In this document: piece after piece, positions 9,101 through 16,937 of the stretch
How the letters are laid out: each line of letters opens with the position of its first letter
Position numbering within the stretch: position 1 is the stretch's first letter
DNA from: Brevundimonas sp.
Lineage (GTDB): Bacteria > Pseudomonadota > Alphaproteobacteria > Caulobacterales > Caulobacteraceae
Assembly: GCF_044239655.1 (NCBI RefSeq)
Contig: NZ_JBIIAY010000001.1
Coordinates: 17,794 to 81,793, forward strand
Length of the DNA stretch: 64,000 bases
Reading direction: 5' to 3'
Made by a program: the position numbers and the translations under genes
The notes under the pieces: model-generated
Databases searched by the model: none
What the model was told of the DNA's origin: nothing
What the model saw: the letters and a program-made list of their open reading frames with translations, nothing else

Positions 9101-9288
9101 CTCCTCCCCGTTCGCCGCTTGGCGAATGGGGAGGTGGCAGCGAGCCTCTTGCGAGCTGACGGAGGGGGCGACACGGTTTCGACGGTGAAGCCTCGCGTAC
9201 CTCTCACGTCAGTCAGCGTGTCGCCCCCTCCGTCACGATGCGAAGTCGCATCGCGCCACCTCCCCATCGCTGCGCGACGGGGAGGAGA
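9101..9288. repeat. nested-palindrome intergenic repeat, family A copy 1
   Basis: Layout: CTCCTCCCC..GGGGAGGTGG arm hairpin, spacer, TGACGGAGGGGGCGACAC, loop, GTGTCGCCCCCTCCGTCA, spacer hairpin, CCACCTCCCC..GGGGAGGAG arm hairpin. Lies between the convergent rho and qor genes. Confidence 0.9.
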
Positions 9289-9290
9289 CC

Positions 9291-10262
9291 TTACGGCACC
9301 AGGATGCTCGATCCCGTCGTGTCGCGAGATTCCATCGTGCAGTGCGCCTCCTGGATATCCTCCAGTCTGAACGTCCGGCCGATCTCGATCCTGACCCGTC
9401 CCGAGGCGATCTCGGCAAACAGGGCGGCGGCGCTGTCGTCCAGCTCCTCGGTCGTGGTGACATAGTCGAACAGGGTCGGCCGGGTGACGAACAGCGACCC
9501 GCCACGCGACAGTCTCAACGGATCGAACGGCGGGACCGGGCCGGAAGCATTGCCGAAGATCACCAGCATCCCGCGCCGGCTGAGGCTGGCCAGAGACGCC
9601 TCGAAGGTCGTGGCCCCGACCGAGTCATAGGCCACGGCGACACCCTTGCCGTCCGTGATTTCTCGCACCCGCGCGGCGATATCTTCGTCGCGATAGAGGA
9701 TGGTGTGGTCGCAGCCTCGTGTCCGCGCCAGGGCGGCCTTTTCCGCCGATCCGACCGTGCCGATCACGGTTGCGCCGATCCCTTTGGCCCATTGGCACAG
9801 GATCTGACCGACGCCTCCGGCAGCCGCGTGGACGAGGATGACCTGACCCTGTTTCACGTGAAACGTTCGCCGAACAAGGTATTCCGCGGTCATGCCTTTG
9901 AGCATCACGCCGGCCGCGACCGTGAGCGGGACTTCGTCCGGCACATGCACGGCGCGGGCCGCCTCGACGACATGAGCCTCGGCATAGGCGCCGACCGGGC
10001 CGCTGGCATAGGCGATGCGGTCGCCGACCTCGAACCGCGTCACGCCCTCGCCGATCGCCTCGACGATCCCTGCGCCCTCCAGCCCGAGACCCGTCGGACA
10101 GGGCAGGGGATAGAGGCCTGTCCTCTGATAGGTGTCGATGAAGTTCAGGCCCATCGCCTCGTGCCGGACGCGAACCTGACCGGGGCCGGGCTCGGGGGTC
10201 GGGACATCGACCACGGTCATCACCTCGGGTCCGCCGGGTGTCTCCATCCTGACGGCGCGCAT
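9291..10262 (-). CDS. NADPH:quinone oxidoreductase (MDR superfamily)
   Basis: Begins MRAVRMETPGGPEV and carries the HAAAGGVGQ nucleotide motif. The longer track ORF (to 10718) runs into intergenic and repeat sequence. Confidence 0.85.
   Translation of the reverse strand: MRAVRMETPGGPEVMTVVDVPTPEPGPGQVRVRHEAMGLNFIDTYQRTGLYPLPCPTGLGLEGAGIVEAIGEGVTRFEVGDRIAYASGPVGAYAEAHVVEAARAVHVPDEVPLTVAAGVMLKGMTAEYLVRRTFHVKQGQVILVHAAAGGVGQILCQWAKGIGATVIGTVGSAEKAALARTRGCDHTILYRDEDIAARVREITDGKGVAVAYDSVGATTFEASLASLSRRGMLVIFGNASGPVPPFDPLRLSRGGSLFVTRPTLFDYVTTTEELDDSAAALFAEIASGRVRIEIGRTFRLEDIQEAHCTMESRDTTGSSILVP
9850..9865. promoter_or_regulatory. parS-like site TGTTTCACGTGAAACG
   Basis: 15/16 match to the palindromic parS consensus TGTTTCACGTGAAACA; inside qor. 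Confidence 0.7.
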
Positions 10263-10368
10263 CAGGCCGGGTTCCTTGCGAACGAGGGGTGCGAGGTGGG
10301 CATTGGCGGGTTCCTTTCGGGGGCCGGATCGGCCTAAGAACGCATGAACTCTAGGTCGGAGCGCCGCC

Positions 10369-10608
10369 GTGAAAGTCAATATCGAGATCGAGTGCGAACC
10401 CGCCGAGGCGCGCGCCTTTCTGGGCCTGCCCAATGTGGAGCCGCTGAACGACCACCTGGTCGCCGAGATGCAGAAGCGGATGGACGCCAACATGTCGGCG
10501 ATGCAGCCCGAGGAACTGATGAAGTCCTGGACCAGCTTCGGCCTCCAGGCCCAGGACCAGTTCCGGCAGTTGATGCAGGCAGCGGCGACGTCGGTGACCA
10601 AGCCGTGA
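10369..10608 (+). CDS. small conserved-looking hypothetical protein (79 aa)
   Basis: GTG start with GGAG 9 nt upstream and strong GC3 bias. No motif I can name with certainty. Confidence 0.6.
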   Translation: MKVNIEIECEPAEARAFLGLPNVEPLNDHLVAEMQKRMDANMSAMQPEELMKSWTSFGLQAQDQFRQLMQAAATSVTKP

Positions 10609-10617
10609 TGCAAGCTT

Positions 10618-10757
10618 CTCCTCCCCATCGCGGAGCGATGGGGAGGTGGATCGGAGCTCTTCGCGAGGAGACGGAGGGGCTGTGTCAGCGATCGCCTGCG
10701 CTGACACAGCCCCTCCACCCCTTGGGGGTCCCCCTCCCCATTTCATGGGGAGGAGAG
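10618..10757. repeat. nested-palindrome intergenic repeat, family A copy 2 (short variant)
   Basis: CTCCTCCCCATCGCGGAGCGATGGGGAGGTGG arm, inner stem GACGGAGGGGCTGTGTCAGC / GCTGACACAGCCCCTCC, right arm CCCCTCCCCATTTCATGGGGAGGAG. Confidence 0.88.
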
Positions 10758-10759
10758 CG

Positions 10760-12067
10760 TTGACCTCCACCGTCTTCGCACTCGCCACCCCGCCGGGACG
10801 CGGCGCGATCGCCATCCTGCGCCTCTCAGGCCCAGGAACCGATGCCGCCTTGGGCGCTCTCGGCGCAGGCAGTCCCAAGCCCCGCCTCGCCTCCTTGCGC
10901 AACCTGACCCACCAGGGGACCGTCATCGACCAGGCGCTGGTTCTCCGGTTCCCCGGTCCACGATCCTACACTGGCGAGGACTGCGCAGAGCTGCATCTGC
11001 ATGGCGGCCGGGCGGTGGTCGAGGCGGCGTTGAACGCGCTGATCGCGCTTGGCCTGTGCCCTGCCGAGCCCGGAGAGTTTACACGCCGGGCCTTCGAGAA
11101 CGGCCGGATGGACCTGGCCCAGGCTGAGGCCGTCGCCGATCTGATCGACGCCGAGACCACGGCCCAGGCGGCCCAGGCGCTGGGCCAGCTCGACGGCGCG
11201 CTCAGCGCGACCTATGGCGGGTTCCGACGGGACCTGCTGACGGCTCTGGCGCTGGTCGAGGCGGAGATCGACTTTCCGGACGAGGAGATCCCGGACAATC
11301 TGGCCCGCACGGCAGGGCCTGTCCTGGATCGTCTGGCGGCGGATCTGCGGGCCGCCCTGTCCGACGCGGACCGGGGCCGTCGTGTCCGGGAGGGTTATCG
11401 CATCGTCCTGATCGGCGAGACCAACGCCGGCAAGTCGTCCCTGTTCAACGCCCTTGTTTCACGTGAAGCAGCCATCGTGACCCCGATCGCCGGCACCACC
11501 CGCGACGTGCTGGACGCCGAACTGGTCATCGGCGGCTATGCCGTCACCCTGTCGGACACCGCCGGTCTGCGCGACAGCGATGATCCGATCGAGGCCGAGG
11601 GCGTGCGTCGTGCCCGGGCGCGGGCTCAGGATGCCGACCTGCGCCTGTGGGTCCGCGCGCCCGGCGACCCTGAGGGGGCCGCTGCCGGGTTCGCACGGGC
11701 CGACGACCTGGTGGTCCTGACCAAGGCCGACCTTGGCACGCCGGGATCGTCATCCAACCACGACACGATCAGGCTCAGCACGACGACGGGTCAGGGACTG
11801 GCGGAGCTTCACGACTGGATCGCCGCCCGCCTGGCCCGTGATCTTTCGGGGACCGACTTCCCGGCCGTGACCCGCGAACGTCATCGTCTACGCCTGACCG
11901 AGGCCCTCGCCGCCGTCGAGGCGGGTCGCATCGCCCTCGACATCGCCCCGGAGATGGCCGCCGACGACCTCCGCCGCGCCGCCGACGCCCTGGCGCGTGT
12001 CACGGGCGCGATCGGGGTCGAAGACGTCCTCGGCGAGGTCTTCTCCACCTTCTGCATCGGGAAGTGA
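10760..12067 (+). CDS. mnmE: tRNA modification GTPase MnmE (TrmE)
   Basis: LTSTVFALATPPGRGAIAILRLSGP N-terminus, G-domain GETNAGKSSLFN / DTAGLR, C-terminal FCIGK. TTG start is preferred; an in-frame ATG at 10745 lies inside the repeat. Confidence 0.9.
   Translation: MTSTVFALATPPGRGAIAILRLSGPGTDAALGALGAGSPKPRLASLRNLTHQGTVIDQALVLRFPGPRSYTGEDCAELHLHGGRAVVEAALNALIALGLCPAEPGEFTRRAFENGRMDLAQAEAVADLIDAETTAQAAQALGQLDGALSATYGGFRRDLLTALALVEAEIDFPDEEIPDNLARTAGPVLDRLAADLRAALSDADRGRRVREGYRIVLIGETNAGKSSLFNALVSREAAIVTPIAGTTRDVLDAELVIGGYAVTLSDTAGLRDSDDPIEAEGVRRARARAQDADLRLWVRAPGDPEGAAAGFARADDLVVLTKADLGTPGSSSNHDTIRLSTTTGQGLAELHDWIAARLARDLSGTDFPAVTRERHRLRLTEALAAVEAGRIALDIAPEMAADDLRRAADALARVTGAIGVEDVLGEVFSTFCIGK
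11455..11470. promoter_or_regulatory. parS-like site TGTTTCACGTGAAGCA
   Basis: 15/16 match to the parS consensus; inside mnmE. Confidence 0.65.
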
Positions 12068-12078
12068 GACGGACGGCT

Positions 12079-12263
12079 CTCCTCCCCATGCGCAGCATGG
12101 GGAGGTGGCGCGGCGCTTCTTCAGCGCCGTGACGGAGGGGGCGACACGGCCTCGACGGCGAGCCCTCTGACAATCCTCACGCCAGGCACCGAGTCGCCCC
12201 CTCCGTCTCCTCGCGAAGGCGCTCGGATCCACCTCCCCATCGGCTGCGCCGACAGGGAGGAGA
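12079..12263. repeat. nested-palindrome intergenic repeat, family A copy 3
   Basis: Same arm / inner-stem architecture. Spacer hairpin GGCGCttcttcaGCGCC. GAGTC at 12191-12195. Confidence 0.9.
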
Positions 12264-12295
12264 ACATAGCGTGGAAATTCCCCGCCGTTTCCCCT

Positions 12296-14185
12296 ATGTC
12301 CCGCGCCATGAACTCCCCTTCGACCTTCGACGTCATCGTCATCGGCGGTGGCCATGCCGGCTGTGAGGCGGCGGCGGCTGCGGCACGGTCGGGCGCGCGC
12401 ACCCTGCTGCTGACCCAGAAGCTCGAGACCATCGGCGAAATGTCGTGCAACCCGGCCATCGGCGGCCTGGGCAAGGGCCATCTGGTGCGCGAGATCGACG
12501 CCCTGGACGGCTTGATGGGACGGATCGGTGACAAGGCCGGGATCCAGTTCCGCCTGCTGAACCGGTCCAAGGGTGCTGCCGTCCAGGGGCCACGCAGCCA
12601 GATCGATCGCCGCCTGTACCGCGAGGCCATGCAGGCCGAGCTGGCCCGGACCCCGAACCTGACCCTGATGGCGGGGACCGCCGAGGGACTGATTCTCGAC
12701 GGCGATCGCGTCTGCGGGGTGACGACCGGGGAGGGGGTGGCGATCCGCGCTGGGGCCGTGGTCCTGACCACGGGCACCTTCCTGAACGGCGTGATTCACT
12801 GCGGGGAGGAGCGGACGCCCGCCGGCCGACGCGGTGACGCGCCCTCGACCGGTCTGGCCGCCGACCTCTATGGCGCAGGCCTGTTGATGGGGCGGCTCAA
12901 GACCGGCACTCCGGCGCGGCTCGACGGTCGGACCATCGCCTGGGACCGGCTGGAGATGCAGGCGGCCGATGAGGTTCCTGTACCGTTCAGCTTCCTGACC
13001 GACCGGATCGACGTGCCCCAGATCGCCTGTGGCATCACTCACACGACCCAGGCAACCCACGACATCATCGCCGCCAACCTGGGTGAGAGCGCCGTCTATG
13101 GCGGCCACCTGACCGGACGCGGCCCGCGCTACTGTCCCTCGATCGAGGACAAGGTGGTGCGATTCGCCGACAAGACCTCGCACCAGGTCTTCCTGGAACC
13201 CGAGGGGCTGGACGATCCGACGGTCTATCCGAACGGCATCTCCACCTCGGTCTCGCCCGAGACCCAGATGGCGTTTCTGCGGACCATGCCCGGTCTGGAA
13301 TCGGTCGAGGTTTTCCGCTTCGGCTATGCGATCGAGTACGATTATGTCGATCCGCGCGAGCTGACCCCCATGCTCGAGGTCAAGCGGCGGCCGGGCCTGT
13401 TTCTGGCCGGTCAGATCAACGGCACGACCGGGTATGAGGAGGCGGGGAGTCAAGGGTTGATTGCGGGGCTCAACGCGGCGCGTCTGGCTGCAGGTGCCTC
13501 GCAAATCCAGCTGGGGCGGGACCAGGCCTATATCGGGGTGATGATCGACGATCTGGTCACACGCGGTGTGACCGAGCCCTACCGGATGTTTACAAGCCGT
13601 GCGGAGTACCGTTTGACGCTTCGGGCCGATAACGCCGATCAACGGTTGACTCCACTTGGGATCGCGCTCGGCATCGTCTCGTCTGACCGCGCCGCACGAT
13701 ACGGGGCCAAGGCGGTCGCCCTCTCTGAGGCCTCGGCCCTGGTCCGCGAAACAACCTTCACCCCGAAGGAGGCGCAGGCGCTGGGCATCACCGTCAATCC
13801 CGATGGACAGCGGCGGACGATGCGCGATCTGCTGGCCTATCCCGGCGTGGACCTGTCGGCGTTCGTCGGTGCTCATCCCGGGATTGCCGATTGGCCCGCT
13901 TCTGTGCGCGAGCAGGTCGAGATCGACGCAGGCTATGCCGGCTATCTGGATCGGCAGGCCGCCGACGCCCAGGCCCTGCGTCGGGAAGAGTCGCTGGCCC
14001 TGGGACACGACATCGACTACGCGGCGATCGGCGGCCTGTCGAACGAGCTGTGCGAGAAACTCAGCCTGGTGCGGCCCACGACCCTGGGCCAGGCCGGCCG
14101 GATCGAGGGCATGACGCCCGGTGCCCTGACCGCGCTCTTGTCGCACGTGAAACGTTCCGCCAAAGCGGACACCGTCGCCGCGTGA
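12296..14185 (+). CDS. mnmG: tRNA uridine 5-carboxymethylaminomethyl modification enzyme MnmG (GidA)
   Basis: [19 protein letters not shown] motif and full-length similarity. Confidence 0.96.
   Translation: MSRAMNSPSTFDVIVIGGGHAGCEAAAAAARSGARTLLLTQKLETIGEMSCNPAIGGLGKGHLVREIDALDGLMGRIGDKAGIQFRLLNRSKGAAVQGPRSQIDRRLYREAMQAELARTPNLTLMAGTAEGLILDGDRVCGVTTGEGVAIRAGAVVLTTGTFLNGVIHCGEERTPAGRRGDAPSTGLAADLYGAGLLMGRLKTGTPARLDGRTIAWDRLEMQAADEVPVPFSFLTDRIDVPQIACGITHTTQATHDIIAANLGESAVYGGHLTGRGPRYCPSIEDKVVRFADKTSHQVFLEPEGLDDPTVYPNGISTSVSPETQMAFLRTMPGLESVEVFRFGYAIEYDYVDPRELTPMLEVKRRPGLFLAGQINGTTGYEEAGSQGLIAGLNAARLAAGASQIQLGRDQAYIGVMIDDLVTRGVTEPYRMFTSRAEYRLTLRADNADQRLTPLGIALGIVSSDRAARYGAKAVALSEASALVRETTFTPKEAQALGITVNPDGQRRTMRDLLAYPGVDLSAFVGAHPGIADWPASVREQVEIDAGYAGYLDRQAADAQALRREESLALGHDIDYAAIGGLSNELCEKLSLVRPTTLGQAGRIEGMTPGALTALLSHVKRSAKADTVAA
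14139..14154. promoter_or_regulatory. degenerate parS-like site TGTCGCACGTGAAACG
   Basis: 13/16 match to the consensus with one intact half-site; at the 3' end of mnmG. Confidence 0.4.
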
Positions 14186-14796
14186 CCCCCGCAGAGTTTC
14201 AAACGGCGACCGGGGCCTGGCCCGAGCGGATGGCGGACCTCGCCGTCTTCCTCGATCGGCTGACGGAGGCCAATGCGGTGATGAATCTTGTCGGGCCCGA
14301 CAGCCTGCCGGACTTCTGGAACCGCCACGCCTTCGATTCGGCCCAACTGCTCGACCTCGCGCCCGAGGCCCGCACCTGGGCCGATTTGGGGGCCGGGGCA
14401 GGGTTCCCGGGGGTCGTTCTGGCGATCCTGTTGAAAGGCCGTGCCGACGCCCATGTCTGGCTGATCGATTCGCTCCAGAAGCGCTGCCGTTTCCTCCAGA
14501 CTGTCGTCGACGAACTGGACCTGCCGGCGACCGTCGTCTGGGGCCGGGCCGAGGAACAGGAGATCAAGGTCGATGTCGTGACGGCCCGCGCGGTCGCCCC
14601 GCTGGAGAAACTTCTGGGTTATGCACAGCCCTATCTGAAGTTCGGTGCACAAGGTCTGTTTCTCAAGGGAGAGAAGGCCGAAGCCGAGTTGCAAGAGGCC
14701 CGCAAGGTCTGGCAAGTGGATGCAGACCTCTCCGTCTCCCGCAGCGATCCGCGCGGACGAATCCTAACCGTCAGGACACTGCGCCGTGGCTCTTGA
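14182..14796 (+). CDS. rsmG: 16S rRNA (guanine527-N7)-methyltransferase RsmG (GidB)
   Basis: SAM-binding [10 protein letters not shown] motif. GTG start overlaps the mnmG stop (GTGA). The longer track ORF (13891) overlaps mnmG. Confidence 0.88.
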   Translation: MTPAEFQTATGAWPERMADLAVFLDRLTEANAVMNLVGPDSLPDFWNRHAFDSAQLLDLAPEARTWADLGAGAGFPGVVLAILLKGRADAHVWLIDSLQKRCRFLQTVVDELDLPATVVWGRAEEQEIKVDVVTARAVAPLEKLLGYAQPYLKFGAQGLFLKGEKAEAELQEARKVWQVDADLSVSRSDPRGRILTVRTLRRGS

Positions 14797-15607
14797 ACGC
14801 GAAAAGCGAACCCGTGTGCTTGCCGTCTCCAACCAGAAGGGTGGGGTGGGCAAGACGACGACGGCCATCAACCTGGGCACGGCCCTGGCGGCGATCGGGG
14901 AAAAAGTCCTGATCGTCGACATGGACCCCCAGGGCAATGCCTCGACGGGTTTGGGTGTTCCACGTGAAACACGCCGGATCACGATTTACGACGTGGTGGT
15001 CGACGGACGGTCGGTCCACGAAGCGGCGGTCCAGACCAGCGTCCCGGGCCTGTTCATCATCCCCGCCGATGCCGATATGTCGGGTGTCGAGATCGAACTG
15101 AGTCAGGCAGACCGGCGATCCTATCGACTGCGCGATGCCCTCGAAAAGCCCGCCGATGCTGGCCATACCGCGTATGACTACGTCCTCATCGACTGCCCGC
15201 CGTCCCTGAACCTTCTGACGCTCAACGCCATGGCGGCCGCCGACGGGGTGCTGGTGCCCCTGCAGTGCGAATTCTTTGCGCTGGAGGGCCTGACGCAGTT
15301 GATGAAGACGATCGAGATGGTCCGTCAGAGCCTGAACCCGTCTCTGGAAATCCAGGGTCTGGTCCTGACCATGTACGATCGCCGCAATGCCCTGTCGGGT
15401 CAGGTAGCGGCCGATGTACGCAGCCATTTCGGCGACAAGGTCTATGACGCCGTCATTCCCCGCAACGTCAGGGTCTCGGAGGCCCCGTCGTTCGGCAAGC
15501 CTGTCCTGATCTATGACCTGAAATGCACCGGCAGCCAGGCCTATCTGCGCCTCGCCAAGGAAGTGGTCGGCCGCGAGCGCCGTCGCCGCGCCCAACTCGC
15601 CGCCTGA
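14786..15607 (+). CDS. parA: chromosome partitioning ATPase ParA
   Basis: Deviant Walker A NQKGGVGKTTTAINL. GTG start overlaps the rsmG 3' end by 11 nt. Confidence 0.93.
   Translation: MALEREKRTRVLAVSNQKGGVGKTTTAINLGTALAAIGEKVLIVDMDPQGNASTGLGVPRETRRITIYDVVVDGRSVHEAAVQTSVPGLFIIPADADMSGVEIELSQADRRSYRLRDALEKPADAGHTAYDYVLIDCPPSLNLLTLNAMAAADGVLVPLQCEFFALEGLTQLMKTIEMVRQSLNPSLEIQGLVLTMYDRRNALSGQVAADVRSHFGDKVYDAVIPRNVRVSEAPSFGKPVLIYDLKCTGSQAYLRLAKEVVGRERRRRAQLAA
14956..14971. promoter_or_regulatory. parS-like site TGTTCCACGTGAAACA
   Basis: 15/16 match to the parS consensus; inside parA. Confidence 0.7.
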
Positions 15608-15632
15608 ACCTTAACGAACGGAATTGCCTGAA

Positions 15633-16517
15633 GTGTCTGAACGTCAACGCGGTCTGGGTCGCGGTCTGTCTGCCCTGATGGGTGAGACCATCAACGAACC
15701 GGTGTCGGTCACCGGTGATGCATCGCGTGGCGTCACCACCCTGCCGATCGAGCAGATCAAGCCCAACCCCCACCAGCCCCGCAAGATCTTCGCCCAGGAA
15801 CAGCTGGACGAACTGGCCAACTCCATCCGCGACAAGGGGGTGCTCCAGCCCATCCTCGTGCGGCCGATCACCGGACAGGCCGACCTGTACCAGATCGTCG
15901 CCGGCGAACGCCGCTGGCGCGCGTCCCAGGCGGCCCGCCTGACCGAGGTGCCCGTCGTCATCCGCGAAATGGACGACGCCGAGGTCTTCGAGGTCGCGAT
16001 CATCGAGAACGTCCAGCGCGCCGACCTGAACCCCATCGAAGAGGCCGAGGCCTACAAACAGCTGATGGAACAGTTCGCCCGGACCCAGGACATGGTCGCC
16101 GGCATCGTCGGCAAGAGCCGCAGTCACGTCGCCAACACCATCCGCCTGTTGCAACTCCCCGACGGGGTCATCGACTATGTCCGCGACGGTCGGCTCAGCG
16201 CCGGCCATGCCCGGGCCCTGGTCACCGCGCCCGACCCCGCAGCCCTCGCAGAACAGGTCCACCGCGACGGCCTGAACGTGCGCCAGACCGAAGCGCTGGC
16301 CCGCAAGGCCGCCGCAGGTCCGGCCGCGCCAGTGACGAAGGCCGGAGGCGGTTCCCGCGAGGGAGCCGCTGACATCGCGGCGCTGGAGAACGACCTCGCC
16401 GACGCCCTGGGGCTCAAGGTATCGCTCGCCGACAGGGGCGGGAAGGGGGACCTGGTCCTGTCCTACGCCACGCTCGAACAGCTCGACGATCTCTGTCGGC
16501 GTCTTATGCGCCTGTAG
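15633..16517 (+). CDS. parB: chromosome partitioning protein ParB
   Basis: RGLGRGLSALMGE N-terminus, IVAGERRWRA (ParB box) and an HTH region. GTG at 15633 is preferred; TTG at 15624 is the alternative. Confidence 0.93.
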   Translation: MSERQRGLGRGLSALMGETINEPVSVTGDASRGVTTLPIEQIKPNPHQPRKIFAQEQLDELANSIRDKGVLQPILVRPITGQADLYQIVAGERRWRASQAARLTEVPVVIREMDDAEVFEVAIIENVQRADLNPIEEAEAYKQLMEQFARTQDMVAGIVGKSRSHVANTIRLLQLPDGVIDYVRDGRLSAGHARALVTAPDPAALAEQVHRDGLNVRQTEALARKAAAGPAAPVTKAGGGSREGAADIAALENDLADALGLKVSLADRGGKGDLVLSYATLEQLDDLCRRLMRL

Positions 16518-16543
16518 CGGCCATCCCGTGCTAGGCTGACGCC

Positions 16544-16723
16544 ATGAACGATACGCCTGAGACCCCCGCCGAAGCCCTGAAACGCGTCCTCGCCGCCAAG
16601 AAGGCCGGTGCAGCCGGCGGTGGCGGTGGCTTCAAACCCGCCCAGCACGCCGAAAAGGCCGCCCAGGCCAAGAGCGCCGCCATGGCCAAGCCCGCATTCA
16701 AGAAGGCGTCGAAGCGGGGATAG
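16544..16723 (+). CDS. small basic Ala/Lys-rich hypothetical protein (59 aa), below the ORF-track cutoff
   Basis: ATG to TAG, reading MNDTPETPAEALKRVLAAKKAGAAGGGGGFKPAQHAEKAAQAKSAAMAKPAFKKASKRG. Host-like GC3. Low complexity makes coding status uncertain. Confidence 0.4.
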   Translation: MNDTPETPAEALKRVLAAKKAGAAGGGGGFKPAQHAEKAAQAKSAAMAKPAFKKASKRG

Positions 16724-16730
16724 GTGGCAT

Positions 16731-16937
16731 CTCCTCCCCGTGCGTAGCATGGGGAGGTGGCGCGGCTCGGCTTCGAGCCGTGACGGAGGGGGCGACACGC
16801 TTTCTCCGAGGGGCCTCCCAAGCCCCGGTTCAAGGCAGCGAGACGCCCCCTCCGTCAGCTCGCAAGAGGCTCGCTGCCTGAGGACGGCTCGTATACGAGC
16901 CGCCCGCAGCCCCATCGCTTCGCGACGGGGAGGAGAG
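16731..16937. repeat. nested-palindrome intergenic repeat, family A copy 4 (long variant)
   Basis: Standard left arm and inner stems. The right side carries an extra module with GGCTCGTATACGAGCC, shared with copy 6. The element abuts the holA stop codon. Confidence 0.9.

Noticed and set aside
8947-9505. Several 75-106-aa ORFs across the rho-qor gap; analogous ORFs at 16463-16969, 27422-27895, 36377-36673 and 46748-47016
   Set aside because: They are read-throughs of the nested-palindrome repeats on both strands. The same peptides (GEVA, DGGGDT, SPPPS, MGRW) recur because the DNA is repeated and palindromic. They are not protein-coding.
9291-10718. 475-aa version of the quinone oxidoreductase ORF
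   Set aside because: The N-terminal 150 residues or so cross the divergent small gene and a repeat element and are Arg/Ser/Pro-rich. The conserved MDR domain begins at MRAVRMETPGG (10262).
11888-14146. 752-aa ORF on the minus strand
   Set aside because: Entirely antisense to mnmG, which has clear family motifs. Arg/Gly/Pro/Asp-rich composition is typical of out-of-frame reading in high-GC DNA. No recognisable domain.
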